64,000 bases of DNA from an uncultured Dorea sp. (GCA_910584615.1 CAJUAM010000002.1:29370-93369), one strand, 5' to 3'; shown: positions 45,075 to 55,829, numbered from the stretch's first letter. Made by a program: numbers and translations. The notes: a model not told the origin generated them from the letters alone.

Positions 45075-46497
45075 TGATTGAATTCTTCCTTTCAAATATC
45101 TGAGGAAACGCCTCCGAAATAGCTATAGATTCCTTACTGCTTCCAAAAAACAGTTCCTTACCGGTAAGTCCGTTCTCCGCCAGAATCTCTGCTACTTTAT
45201 TCCGGATATCCTTTTCTTTATCTTTAAGACTATCAGGATAATTAAGCTGTATATTTACTTTCTTGTCCTGATACACAAAAAACAAATCAAAAAAACCTAA
45301 TTCCTGAATATCAAACTTAACCAGCCCCTGAATGATCCGCTCACTTTCATCATTACCGGTACCTTTCCCCGCATCCGGATCCACCCACATCTCCGCAAAT
45401 GTCAGATTTCCATTCACCTGCATCGGAAACATCATGTGCAGCACCGGCATGTATACACTTTCATTAAGCAGGATAGAAGTCATCATATTTCTGAATACCT
45501 GCTTCTGCTCTATATTCGCTCCCTGCTGTATCCCATTCTGGATCATGGAAACAAAACCTTTTTTCCACTTATCCTTTCCAAGCGTCTTTTCAAAATCAGT
45601 AGATTCCAAAACTTTTAAAAGCCCCTGCGTCTCAAACCCTTTAAAATATTTCTGCATAGCCGAATATTCCATCAGCTGTTCGAAACGTTCAAGGACTCTC
45701 GCCGCATCGCCATTTTCATAACGGGCTGTAAGCGCCGCCAAAAATGCCGCGCCTTCGCGCACATTCCCTCTATCATGGGTTCCGCCGATATACTTGTTCA
45801 GATAAGGCAGCATCTTCCCCTTGATCAGCGCGGCATTCTCTTTCGTGCTCCCCGGACCAGCGTTTTCTCCGAACTTTAACTGCTGTTCCATCGCTTCCAT
45901 CTTCTCTTGTCCGCTCTTTAGCATCCCGCTTTTTAATTCTTTTATGGTCTGTTCTATTTCCTTAAGAATATGCTTTCCTTCCGCCATATCTGTATAGCGT
46001 TTCATGAAATCCAATATCCCGGCCCTAAGTTCTACATTATTCGTCTCGTTCATCACCTGACGCAGAAGCGAAAAAAAAGCCCCTTGAAAGCGGACAGCTC
46101 CATCTCCCTGTTCCTTCAAAAAAGCAAGCATATTCTGCGGATCCACCTGAATCATCTCAAGAAAACGCGCGATCTCCTGTGCCGATCCTTCCGCAAGTCC
46201 GGCTTTCACCTGATTAGTCAGCTGTTCAAAAAAAACAGCAGCAAATTCCTTCGTCATCACTCCTTCTGATTTCATCTGAGAGATAAAACCTTCAAAATTA
46301 GACTGATACTGGAATTTTAATCCTACATTCTGTTCTTCTCCGGCAGAATCACTCCTCGCATCCGCCCGAACGACCTTATTGGGATTGACCGGCCCTTGAA
46401 TACGCGGATCCTCACGATTTTGCATATCAGCTCTTGGCTGCGACATGTTGTCATAATTCCCTGCCATGGGAGTCGTGACTCTCAAAATATTTGACAT
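45061..46497 (-). CDS. Large helical protein with possible FliK-like C-terminal domain (YlqG position)
   Basis: Overlaps the flhX-like gene; C-terminal alpha/beta region FDIQELGFFDL...INVKI. Confidence 0.5.
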   Translation of the reverse strand: MSNILRVTTPMAGNYDNMSQPRADMQNREDPRIQGPVNPNKVVRADARSDSAGEEQNVGLKFQYQSNFEGFISQMKSEGVMTKEFAAVFFEQLTNQVKAGLAEGSAQEIARFLEMIQVDPQNMLAFLKEQGDGAVRFQGAFFSLLRQVMNETNNVELRAGILDFMKRYTDMAEGKHILKEIEQTIKELKSGMLKSGQEKMEAMEQQLKFGENAGPGSTKENAALIKGKMLPYLNKYIGGTHDRGNVREGAAFLAALTARYENGDAARVLERFEQLMEYSAMQKYFKGFETQGLLKVLESTDFEKTLGKDKWKKGFVSMIQNGIQQGANIEQKQVFRNMMTSILLNESVYMPVLHMMFPMQVNGNLTFAEMWVDPDAGKGTGNDESERIIQGLVKFDIQELGFFDLFFVYQDKKVNIQLNYPDSLKDKEKDIRNKVAEILAENGLTGKELFFGSSKESIAISEAFPQIFERKNSINVKI

Positions 46498-46522
46498 TTT
46501 TTCACCTACTACTATTTTTCTA

Positions 46523-46549
46523 TTAATTTTTTCGATTTGCGGTCGATAT
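46523..46549 (+). promoter_or_regulatory. sigma28 promoter of cheAWRB
   Basis: TTAA-N15-GTCGATAT. Confidence 0.75.
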
Positions 46550-46650
46550 ATATGTTAATAAAATGTGTTGACATTAGAGTAACACATCTAACTCTCTGTT
46601 GGCAATATTTTAAGATAAATTTATTATTAAGATAAGGTGGTGCGAACACT

Positions 46651-48771
46651 ATGGATGCTTCTATGGAAAGCTTGTTAGAGACTTATCTCTTTGAAACTAA
46701 CTCCTTGCTTGATGGGTTGGACGAACTCCTGATTAACGCCGAAAAGATCGGAGATTTTTCCGAAGATGACGTTAACGAAATCTTCCGCAGTATGCACACG
46801 ATCAAAGGTTCTTCTGCAATGCTTGAGTTCAATTGTCTTATGGAAGTTGCCCATCATATAGAAGACCTGTTCTTCTATATTCGTGAAAACGGCATTGATT
46901 CTCTTGATCAGACACACAAGAGTGAACTTTTTAATCTGATGTTCAAGTCAACGGACAAACTCCGGTCTGAAATTGAAAAGGTCGAGAATAATGAACCGCT
47001 TGAGACTAATATCGACAGTTTTGTCGGGGAAATTAACGGGTTGCTTAAAAAGATTTCAGGAGAAGCTGCTGATTCATCTGAAAAGCAGAGCAGTAATACA
47101 TCTGGAGCTGTATCTGCGGATGATACGAAGGCTGCCGCGTCCCTCCCGGAGACAGCAGACAATATTCCATATTTTATCCATGTTTATTTTGAAGACGGAT
47201 GCGGCATGGAAAACTTACGTGCATTTATGATTGTAAATGCTCTTCAGGAAAGATCACTTGATTTTACTTATTATCCGGATGATGTAGATTCCAATCCTGA
47301 CAGTGCTGAGAAGATCATCACAGATGGATTTTACATCGGTCTTCACTCTGAGGAAGATTTAGAGAGAGCAGCTACAGTTGTGGAAGGTTCTCAGAATATC
47401 CGCTCTTACGAGATGGTAGAGAATCATGAATCTGCTGAACCTGAACAAAATGATGAAACTGAATCAAAGGCAGAGAAGGCGCCCGCGGATACTGCTGCAC
47501 CGGCAGCTCCCGCTCCTGCAAAAGCAAAAGCGGATTCATCTGCTCCCGCAAAGAAAAAAGATGCAGCCCCCCACGGCGCTGTCAAGCAGGATCTTATCAG
47601 TGTCAATCTGTCAAAGCTCGATGCTTTAATGGCACTTGTCGGGGAGATTGTTATTACCGAATCTATGGTTACCTCTTCTCCGGATCTTCAAGGCCTGAAC
47701 CTTGATAACTTTAATAAATCCGCACGTCAGCTCAGAAAATTAACGGACGACCTCCAGGACATTTCCATGTCACTCAGGATGGTATCCGTATCTGGTGTAT
47801 TCCAGAAGATGAACCGAATCGTGCGTGACATGAAGAAAAACTTAAACAGAGATGTCCGCCTTAAGATAATCGGCGAAAATACCGAAGTAGACAAGACAAT
47901 TGTGGACGGCATCGGCGATCCTTTAATGCATATTGTCCGCAACGCGATCGATCATGGTATCGAAGAGAACGTAGAAGACCGTATTGCTGCCGGCAAAGAC
48001 CCGCAGGGTGAAGTTATCCTCTCTGCTACCCATACCGGAAGCGAGGTTATTATCTCTGTATCTGATGACGGCCGCGGTATGGATACGGATGCTATTCTCG
48101 CGAAAGCCGCGCGCAACGGAATACTTACTAAACCGGAATCCGATTATTCTCAAAAAGAAATCCTTATGCTTCTGATGACTCCTGGTTTTTCCACTAATAC
48201 AGAAGTCACCGAATATTCGGGTCGTGGCGTCGGTCTTGATGTTGTTAAAAAGAACGTGGAAGCTATTGGAGGCGTCGTAAGTATTACAAGTGAATTAGGT
48301 AAGGGAAGCTGTACGACTTTAAAGATTCCTCTCACTCTTGCGATTGCGGATGGTATGGAGATTTCCGTAGGCAAATCCATCTTTACCGTGCCGATTTCCA
48401 ATATCCGTCAGTCCTTTAAGGCGACCGAGGAAGATATCGTTCTTGATCCGGCAGGACATGAGATGATCCGCTGTATGGATGCTTTTTACCCGATCGTGCG
48501 TGCTCATGAACTGTATAGTATCCCGGATGCCTGCACAAAGATTGATGATGGTATTCTGATGTGGGTAGAAGCAAGCGATAGATCCTACTGCCTGTTTGTT
48601 GATAAGCTGATCGGAGAGCACCAGGTTGTTGTAAAGCCTCTTCCGCCATACCTGCAGCAGTTCCATATTAAAGATTCCGGTATCAGCGGATGTACGATCC
48701 TTGGAGATGGAAATATAAGTATTATCCTTGACATTGCACATGTGTATGAAGCTGCTCGAGGAATATTTTAG
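46651..48771 (+). CDS. cheA: Chemotaxis histidine kinase CheA
   Basis: FRSMHTIKGSS Hpt, HIVRNAIDHG, GRGVGLDVV, P5 domain. Confidence 0.97.
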   Translation: MDASMESLLETYLFETNSLLDGLDELLINAEKIGDFSEDDVNEIFRSMHTIKGSSAMLEFNCLMEVAHHIEDLFFYIRENGIDSLDQTHKSELFNLMFKSTDKLRSEIEKVENNEPLETNIDSFVGEINGLLKKISGEAADSSEKQSSNTSGAVSADDTKAAASLPETADNIPYFIHVYFEDGCGMENLRAFMIVNALQERSLDFTYYPDDVDSNPDSAEKIITDGFYIGLHSEEDLERAATVVEGSQNIRSYEMVENHESAEPEQNDETESKAEKAPADTAAPAAPAPAKAKADSSAPAKKKDAAPHGAVKQDLISVNLSKLDALMALVGEIVITESMVTSSPDLQGLNLDNFNKSARQLRKLTDDLQDISMSLRMVSVSGVFQKMNRIVRDMKKNLNRDVRLKIIGENTEVDKTIVDGIGDPLMHIVRNAIDHGIEENVEDRIAAGKDPQGEVILSATHTGSEVIISVSDDGRGMDTDAILAKAARNGILTKPESDYSQKEILMLLMTPGFSTNTEVTEYSGRGVGLDVVKKNVEAIGGVVSITSELGKGSCTTLKIPLTLAIADGMEISVGKSIFTVPISNIRQSFKATEEDIVLDPAGHEMIRCMDAFYPIVRAHELYSIPDACTKIDDGILMWVEASDRSYCLFVDKLIGEHQVVVKPLPPYLQQFHIKDSGISGCTILGDGNISIILDIAHVYEAARGIF

Positions 48772-48793
48772 AGATAGATAAGGAGGTAACAAC

Positions 48794-49267
48794 ATGGCAG
48801 AAACAATTGATATTGTTGAAAAGAAGATTGAAGAAGACGGACATACTCCTAAGAACGTCCAGCGTTTCCTTACTTTTGTGTCCGATAATATTACTTTTGG
48901 CGTCAGCACAGACTATGTAATAGAGATTATTTCCAGTTACATGATCTGTACGCTACCTATGGTGCCGGACTATATCAAAGGAATCATCAATCTGCGCGGT
49001 CAGACGATTCCTATCATAGATATCAGGCTCCGTATGGGAAAGATCCCGCAGGATTACACAACTACAACCTGTATCATTATTCTTGAGATTAATGAGATTT
49101 CTGTGGGTATCGTAGTAGATTCTGTGACTCAGGTGCTGGATATTGATCTGGACAGGATAGCTCCTATCCCGACACAGAACCAGCAGGAGCTGACCTCTTC
49201 CATGATTTCAAGGGAAGACGGCTCTGTTGTTCTTTTCCTTGACTGCGAAGAACTGATCCGCCAGTAA
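48794..49267 (+). CDS. cheW: CheW
   Basis: KGIINLRGQTIPIID, GIVVDSV. Confidence 0.95.
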   Translation: MAETIDIVEKKIEEDGHTPKNVQRFLTFVSDNITFGVSTDYVIEIISSYMICTLPMVPDYIKGIINLRGQTIPIIDIRLRMGKIPQDYTTTTCIIILEINEISVGIVVDSVTQVLDIDLDRIAPIPTQNQQELTSSMISREDGSVVLFLDCEELIRQ

Positions 49268-49307
49268 TGAACAAATATGGATAAAAATAAAAGCAAGGAG
49301 TAAAAAC

Positions 49308-50120
49308 ATGCTATCACTTAACGAGAACGATTTCCGAAAACTTATAACATTTATCAAAAGCCGCTACGGAATTGATCTGTCACAGAAGCGGCAGTTGATT
49401 GTCGGAAGGCTTTCTAATACCGTTACAGCTATGGGGTACTCTACTTTCTCCGAATATATTGATCATATCCTGTCACAGAAAAACCCTCAGGATATAGAGC
49501 TGATGCTTAATAAGTTAACAACAAACTATACGTTTTTCTTAAGAGAATCCGCTCACTTTGATTATTTCAGAGACACAGTTCTTCCTTATCTTGAGAGAAC
49601 AAAACGCGACCGTGTCTTAAGTATCTGGAGCGCAGGGTGTTCTTCCGGTCAGGAACCTTATACTCTTTCAATGATTTTGAAAGAGTATTTCGGTAATAAA
49701 GCAGGTAACTGGGACACCCGTGTTCTTGCTACGGATATTTCCCAGAATGCTTTAAAGGCTGCTTCTGAAGGAATTTATGACGAAGAATCTCTAAGCGCGA
49801 TTCCAGTTGCATGGAAACAGAAATATTTCAAAAAAACTTCAGAACCTGGTGTTTACCAGGTGGCAGATATCCTAAAAGATAATGTGATCTTTCGAACTTT
49901 TAATCTCATGGATCCCATTCGTTTTAAGTTAAAGTTCGATGTGATCTTTTGCCGCAACGTAATGATATATTTTGATCAGCAGACAAAGGATGCCCTCGTA
50001 CAGCGTTTTTATAATGCGACCGTACCGGGCGGTTATCTGTTTATTGGTCATTCTGAAAGTCTGAATAAGGCAACAACGCCTTATAATTATCTTATGCCAT
50101 CGGCTTACCGTAAAGAGTAG
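49308..50120 (+). CDS. cheR: CheR methyltransferase
   Basis: WSAGCSSGQEPY, FCRNVMIYFD, GHSES. Confidence 0.97.
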   Translation: MLSLNENDFRKLITFIKSRYGIDLSQKRQLIVGRLSNTVTAMGYSTFSEYIDHILSQKNPQDIELMLNKLTTNYTFFLRESAHFDYFRDTVLPYLERTKRDRVLSIWSAGCSSGQEPYTLSMILKEYFGNKAGNWDTRVLATDISQNALKAASEGIYDEESLSAIPVAWKQKYFKKTSEPGVYQVADILKDNVIFRTFNLMDPIRFKLKFDVIFCRNVMIYFDQQTKDALVQRFYNATVPGGYLFIGHSESLNKATTPYNYLMPSAYRKE

Positions 50121-50154
50121 CCGGACTGCTATACTAAAAAGAAGGTGCTTATAA

Positions 50155-51267
50155 ATGGCAAATAAAAAAATAAAAGTATTAATTGTAGATGATTCTCTGG
50201 TTTTTGTAAATTTCTTATCTAAAGGCCTTCCTGAAGCAGACAGCAATATTGAGATAGTCGGTTATGCAATGAACGCGGCAGACGCCATGCGTAAAATTCC
50301 AATCACAAAACCAGATGTCATAACCCTTGATGTTGAGATGCCAAGAACTAACGGAATTGATTTTTTGAAGGAGCTGCTACCCAAGCATCTCCTTCCCGTA
50401 ATTTTAGTATCTTCATTGAATGTAAGCGTATTCGATGCTCTCTCAAACGGTGCTGTTGATTTTGTCAAAAAACCAGACATGAGCCGGAACTATAGTTCCC
50501 GTCTCTTTATACAAAATCTGGCTTCCAAAATCAATATTGCTTCTAACGCAACAGTCAAGCTGCCAAGAGTGTTCCGCGGAAGTTCTGTTATCAAAAAAGA
50601 AAGTTCTCCCGCAGCTCCTGCGATTTCGATCAAAAAACCGGTGCTTTCCTCTATCGCAGCCCCGAAACTGACAAATCGAAGCTTGAAGCTGAACGATATG
50701 ATCATTGCTCTGGGCGCTTCTACCGGAGGTACTGAAGCAACTTTGCAGGTGTTAGAGCAACTCCCGGCTGACATACCGGGCATGGTAATTACTCAGCATA
50801 TGCCAGAAGGCTTTACTAATATGTATGCACAGCGTCTGAACCGTTTATGTAAGATGGAAGTTAAAGAAGCTGTTAACGGCGATGTGGTCCGCAGAGGTCT
50901 TGTACTCATCGCTCCGGGCGGCGAATGCCAGATGAAAGTTGTCCGTCTTGGCGGGCATTATACGGTACGCATCTATCCCGGAGAAAAGGTAAGCGGTCAC
51001 CGTCCCTCTGTGGACGTCCTCTTCCAGTCTGTGGCACAGGCTGCCAAATCCGGCGCGGTAGGAATCATCCTGACGGGCATGGGACAGGACGGCGCTTATG
51101 GGCTTCTTGATATGCATAAAGCCGGCGCTTATACGATCGGGCAGGATAAAGAATCCTGTGTTGTATATGGAATGCCGATGGTCGCGCAGAATATCGGAGC
51201 GGTATCCGTTCAGGCCGCCTGCGCGAATATACCATCTGTATTGATGAATTATCTGAATACATTGTAA
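50155..51267 (+). CDS. cheB: CheB methylesterase
   Basis: Receiver LDVEMP; GASTGG, QHMP, GMGQDG. Confidence 0.97.
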   Translation: MANKKIKVLIVDDSLVFVNFLSKGLPEADSNIEIVGYAMNAADAMRKIPITKPDVITLDVEMPRTNGIDFLKELLPKHLLPVILVSSLNVSVFDALSNGAVDFVKKPDMSRNYSSRLFIQNLASKINIASNATVKLPRVFRGSSVIKKESSPAAPAISIKKPVLSSIAAPKLTNRSLKLNDMIIALGASTGGTEATLQVLEQLPADIPGMVITQHMPEGFTNMYAQRLNRLCKMEVKEAVNGDVVRRGLVLIAPGGECQMKVVRLGGHYTVRIYPGEKVSGHRPSVDVLFQSVAQAAKSGAVGIILTGMGQDGAYGLLDMHKAGAYTIGQDKESCVVYGMPMVAQNIGAVSVQAACANIPSVLMNYLNTL

Positions 51268-51271
51268 ATGT

Positions 51272-51309
51272 TAACACCCTGCACTGAAAATATTCAGTAC
51301 AGGGTGTTA
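51272..51309. terminator. Bidirectional terminator between cheB and the convergent glycan cluster
   Basis: TAACACCCTGCACTGAA-AATA-TTCAGTACAGGGTGTTA. Confidence 0.8.
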
Positions 51310-51354
51310 TATTATTTTATAACAATGCACGCAGTGCATCCCAAATCTTCTCTC

Positions 51355-52296
51355 TCATACAGACTCGATCTTTCCCGCGAAATACTTACCGATTCCCGCA
51401 ATAAAACCAAGCACCTCTTCCTTCATCTCTTCTGGAAATGAAGTAAGCACCGGCGCCGTCTCAAAACTCAGTACTTTATCAAAATGAATATTCCGAAGCC
51501 CCCTTACAAACCCATCCCAGTCCGTAGATACTTTATTCTCTCTCGTCTTTGTAAATGTAAAGGGAATCTGATGAAGGTCAGCTATCCCGTCATTGTCGTG
51601 GATATGGAGTACCTTAAGTCTAAAATCAAGCTTAGTAATGAAGTCTTCAAAATCAAGCCCCACCAGATTAGCATGTCCGGTATCAAAGCAAAATCCCAGA
51701 ACCTCTGCATGATACTTTTCATTAAACCGGTCTATCCGCTCCACTGCCTTTTTCACGTTACAGCACGGTCCTTCAACCATATGCCCCCCAATACCTGTAT
51801 AAAGATTTTCAACACACATAATAATTCCCAGTTCTTTCGCAACAGGAGCCAGTGAATCCAAAAATTTTTCTGTTTCCTTCCATTCAAGCTCCTCCGATCC
51901 AAGAAAATGCTGCAGCTTGAACCCATGCACGACAATATACGGACAATTAAGAAAAGCACAGATCCTCATACTTTTTGGCGCAACTGTCTTCCGCAGATAA
52001 TCATTCAGCGAGTCATCTCCTCCGGGGACATACATCGGATAAGGCATATGCAGCTGGTTAATGACAATACTATTCTCCTTTGCCGCACATTTGTGCTCTT
52101 TAAAATATTTCTCCAGTTCGGCATCCGTCTGGTTAAAAAAATTATTTTTTTCGTTCTGATACAATGACGTATTGCTCAAATATGCATTCAGGCTGAAATC
52201 CGCGCAGGAAAATCCTGACCTTTTTAATAAAGCAAACCCTCTTTTAGGGAATGTCTCTTCAACTATTTCCTTTGTCTGCACTCCTATCCTTATCAT
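51355..52296 (-). CDS. Sugar-phosphate isomerase/epimerase (AP-endonuclease-2 TIM barrel)
   Basis: CVENL, FDTGHAN, LHIHDNDG..DLH, FET metal ligands. Confidence 0.85.
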   Translation of the reverse strand: MIRIGVQTKEIVEETFPKRGFALLKRSGFSCADFSLNAYLSNTSLYQNEKNNFFNQTDAELEKYFKEHKCAAKENSIVINQLHMPYPMYVPGGDDSLNDYLRKTVAPKSMRICAFLNCPYIVVHGFKLQHFLGSEELEWKETEKFLDSLAPVAKELGIIMCVENLYTGIGGHMVEGPCCNVKKAVERIDRFNEKYHAEVLGFCFDTGHANLVGLDFEDFITKLDFRLKVLHIHDNDGIADLHQIPFTFTKTRENKVSTDWDGFVRGLRNIHFDKVLSFETAPVLTSFPEEMKEEVLGFIAGIGKYFAGKIESV

Positions 52297-52362
52297 CTGT
52301 CCAAATCTCCAAATCTTTGTAATGAAACGCCTTATTTGTAGATATTATTTATATCAAGGCGT

Positions 52363-54434
52363 TTATATATCCGGCCGTTCTTTAAAAATTACTTTTTGTG
52401 TTGATTCCGGCACTAACAGCCCTAGTTGTCCTGCTGCATTATCTTCAAGATTTTTTCTTACCAAAGATGCGCTAATACATTGGCCGCACGATTCCTTGCG
52501 CGGTATCTCGATCAACTTGATCCCTTTTTGCGGCAGTATCTTTTTCATCGCCAGATTGTATTCATTCGTAACCAAATCATCCGGCTCCTCTCCTACAAAT
52601 CTATAGCGGATGTTCAAATGCGGTGCGATTTTTTCCGCAAAAAACATAATATCATTTTCTGCGTTTTCGGCAATCTCATCATCTTTTTCTTTAATGAAAT
52701 ACTCCGGAAATGTTGTCTGGGATAATACAAACGGGCCGCTTGGCACTACTCTTACTTTTTCTAAATCTGCAACTCCATCGCAAACCATAGCAAAGCGTTC
52801 AGCAAAAGAAAACACAGATTTATCCTCTTCCACTACAAAAATTATTAAAAAATCCACTGTTTCCAATGCCCGTTTTATCAGATAACGATGTCCATATGTA
52901 AAAGGATTGCAGTTCATAACAATAGCGCCTATTTTACTATACAACGACACCTCAAAATCTTTAAAATACCGGTCTATATATATCATCTGTACAAAATCAG
53001 TGTCTTTCCCGGGCACTTTTCCCGTTTCATGTACTGTTCCTCCCAGATACGGTTTTAATTTTCCGTAAACTGCCTCTGCGTACAGATCATTGATCTTATG
53101 ATTGCAATGTCTGGGCTCATCTATCAGCCACATTGAACTTTTTTCACATTTTTCCAGGATTTCCATCAAATTGAGATTTTCTGTTCCTTTTAAATTCCTG
53201 TCATTTGCATACAATACAACCATATCCCCTTTACGAAAAGAAGTATCCATTATCCGCGCCAATTCAGTACTTATATGTATGCCATAACTGGGACTTCCGC
53301 AATTCACGACTCGTACTCTGTCATTTCCTGATTCATTCAGCCGCTTCTGGAGGAGGCTTTCTATCGTATATTTATCCTCCACATAATGTCCGTACATAAA
53401 ACATACACCAAAAAAATATATATTTTGGATAGGCTTACTGGGCTGTCCTTTTGTATATCTTTCTCCATTTATAACCCGATAGTATTTGCTGTTATGATCT
53501 TTCAATTTTCCGGTTCCGCTTTTTGTTTCCACTGAATAGTGTATATGCAGAATCTGCTCTGCATACTCTCTGGTATATAAATCGTCAAAAAAATCCTGAT
53601 ACATTTCTTCCGACAGCGCATCGCCTGTTTTTTTACCATGTACCGCATATTTATCAGCAATTTTTTGTTTCAGCCCACACTCATCCTCTGAATAAAGCAG
53701 ATTAAGAACATGGACTCCTTCAGAACGCAGCACATCCAAATATCCTCGCAGCATTTCATAATCTACTTCCTTGATAAAATTTTGGTATGTCCTAAATTTC
53801 TTCCTGACAATCTTCTTATCCCATATAAATGAATAAAGCGTATCTATCCCTCTTGCTTCATCTTGGTCCACAAACAAAATCCAGTCAGCCCAAAAAGTAT
53901 AATGCGGTATTTCTGCATGATCAATGATTTTAACTATTACGCCCTGCAGCGACAAACAGCGGTAAAATCTTTGAAATAACTTCTGTTTATCATCAAAAGC
54001 ACAACATGGACGCACCAATACTACCCGGCTGTTTTTATGCCATAGCACGATATTTCTGCTCCACTCCTGATCAAGTACATGATTCACATATAGCAGATCA
54101 TCCCACCTGGAATAATCGCCCAGCAATACCCCCCCCTCATAACAGGAAGAGCATTGACTTTCTTTCTTTTACGGAAAATATGTTTTGCTTTCATATATTC
54201 ATCTGGGGAAATATAAGTAAATTGCTTATTTATAGAAACTGTGTCCAAATCCATATCATGTGCTCTTGCAATATCTCCCATACTGATCATGCCTGCAAGT
54301 TTTCCGCTGCGTTCACAGTAAATAACATTCGATGGTTTCGCAGCTATCACCTTCGCAAGTGTTTTAAAAGCAATACTTTCCGTAATATCTTCTATTTTAA
54401 TGATTGTCAGTTCCTCATACTTTTTATAAACCAT
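52363..54434 (-). pseudogene. CBS + SGNH-like + citrate-lyase-ligase C-domain protein, frameshifted at a G8 tract (phase-off allele, pseudogene or sequencing error)
   Basis: ORF 54084-54434 (CBS-like LAGMISMGDI...VNALPV) and ORF 52363-54126 (GAIVMNCNPFTYGHRYLI) join into about 690 aa if one G is added at 54129-54136. Confidence 0.75.
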
Positions 54435-54523
54435 ATTTCATTTCTCCGTAAATATCAGCTTTCCTTCTCTTCTTAAAACGCATAAGCATATGATCACCGC
54501 TTGTCTCTGGATTAACCTGTTTT

Positions 54524-55774
54524 CTAATCACACTTGAAAATATCCCGTGTATACACCTTATCCCTCACATCGTCTAAACATCTGTCATACCGATTTGCAA
54601 TAATAGCCAAAGAAGCTTTCTTAAACTCCTCCAGATCATTTACCACCTTGCTTCCAAAGAAAGTAGTTCCGCTTTTAAGTGCCGGTTCATAAATAATCAC
54701 CACTGCACCCTTTGCCTTGATTCGCTTCATGATTCCCTGAACACTGCTTTGCCGGAAGTTATCAGAACTGCTCTTCATAGTCAGGCGATAAACTCCTATT
54801 ACAACCTCACCTTCTCTGTCGCTGTCCCAGCAATCATTTGCTCCATATCCTCCAGCAATCTCAAGAACACGATCCGCAATAAAATCCTTACGTGTCCTAT
54901 TAGACTCAACAATTGCTCTGATCAAATTTTCGGGAACATCTGCATAGTTGGCTAATAGCTGCTTTGTATCTTTCGGCAGACAATAGCCGCCATAGCCAAA
55001 AGAAGGATTGTTATAATGTGTTCCGATACGGGGATCGAGACAGACACCATTGATAATGTCCTGAGTATTAAGCCCTTTTATCTCAGCATACGTATCCAAT
55101 TCGTTAAAATAAGAAACCCGGAGAGCAAGATAAGTATTGGCAAACAATTTTACCGCCTCTGCTTCTGTAAAACCTATGAATAAAATATCAATATCCTCTT
55201 TAACTGCACTTTCCTGCAGGAGTCTTGCAAAAGTACGGGCCTCTTTTACAAGACGATCATTCTCCATATCTGTGCCGACAATAATCCTGCTAGGATACAG
55301 ATTATCATAGAGTGCCTTTGATTCACGTAAAAACTCAGGACAAAAAAGGATATTATCAAAACATAATCTTTTTCGGAGGGAAACGGTATATCCAACCGGA
55401 ACTGTACTTTTGATGACCACGATAGCATTCTGATTATATTCTATGACCTGCCTGATAACTTTTTCCACAGCAGATGTATCAAAAAAGTCTCTCTTACTAT
55501 CATAGTTTGTCGGTACAGCAACAATAACAAAATCTGCATCCGTGTATGCTTCTTCGGCGTCCAGTGTGGCCGTCAGATCAAGCGCTTTATCCGCCATATA
55601 CCTCTCAATATATTCATCCCGGATCGGAGACTTGCGGCAGTTGATAAGCTCTACTTTCTCCGGAACAATATCTATTGCAGACACTTTGTTGTGCTGACTT
55701 AAAAGCACAGCAATAGAAAGCCCCACATAGCCGGTACCTGCGACAGCAATCTTTAACTCCTTTTCGCTCTTCAT
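54524..55774 (-). CDS. ugd: UDP-glucose 6-dehydrogenase
   Basis: [28 protein letters not shown]. Confidence 0.92.
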   Translation of the reverse strand: MKSEKELKIAVAGTGYVGLSIAVLLSQHNKVSAIDIVPEKVELINCRKSPIRDEYIERYMADKALDLTATLDAEEAYTDADFVIVAVPTNYDSKRDFFDTSAVEKVIRQVIEYNQNAIVVIKSTVPVGYTVSLRKRLCFDNILFCPEFLRESKALYDNLYPSRIIVGTDMENDRLVKEARTFARLLQESAVKEDIDILFIGFTEAEAVKLFANTYLALRVSYFNELDTYAEIKGLNTQDIINGVCLDPRIGTHYNNPSFGYGGYCLPKDTKQLLANYADVPENLIRAIVESNRTRKDFIADRVLEIAGGYGANDCWDSDREGEVVIGVYRLTMKSSSDNFRQSSVQGIMKRIKAKGAVVIIYEPALKSGTTFFGSKVVNDLEEFKKASLAIIANRYDRCLDDVRDKVYTRDIFKCD

Positions 55775-55829
55775 TTCATCTTTCTCCCCTTCCTTGCCAT
55801 GGATACATTGCTGCTCCCTGCAGTCTTGA

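Noticed and set aside
52363..52930. Citrate fermentation operon
   Set aside because: citD, citE, citF, citG and citX are absent from the window, and the domain is fused to unrelated domains
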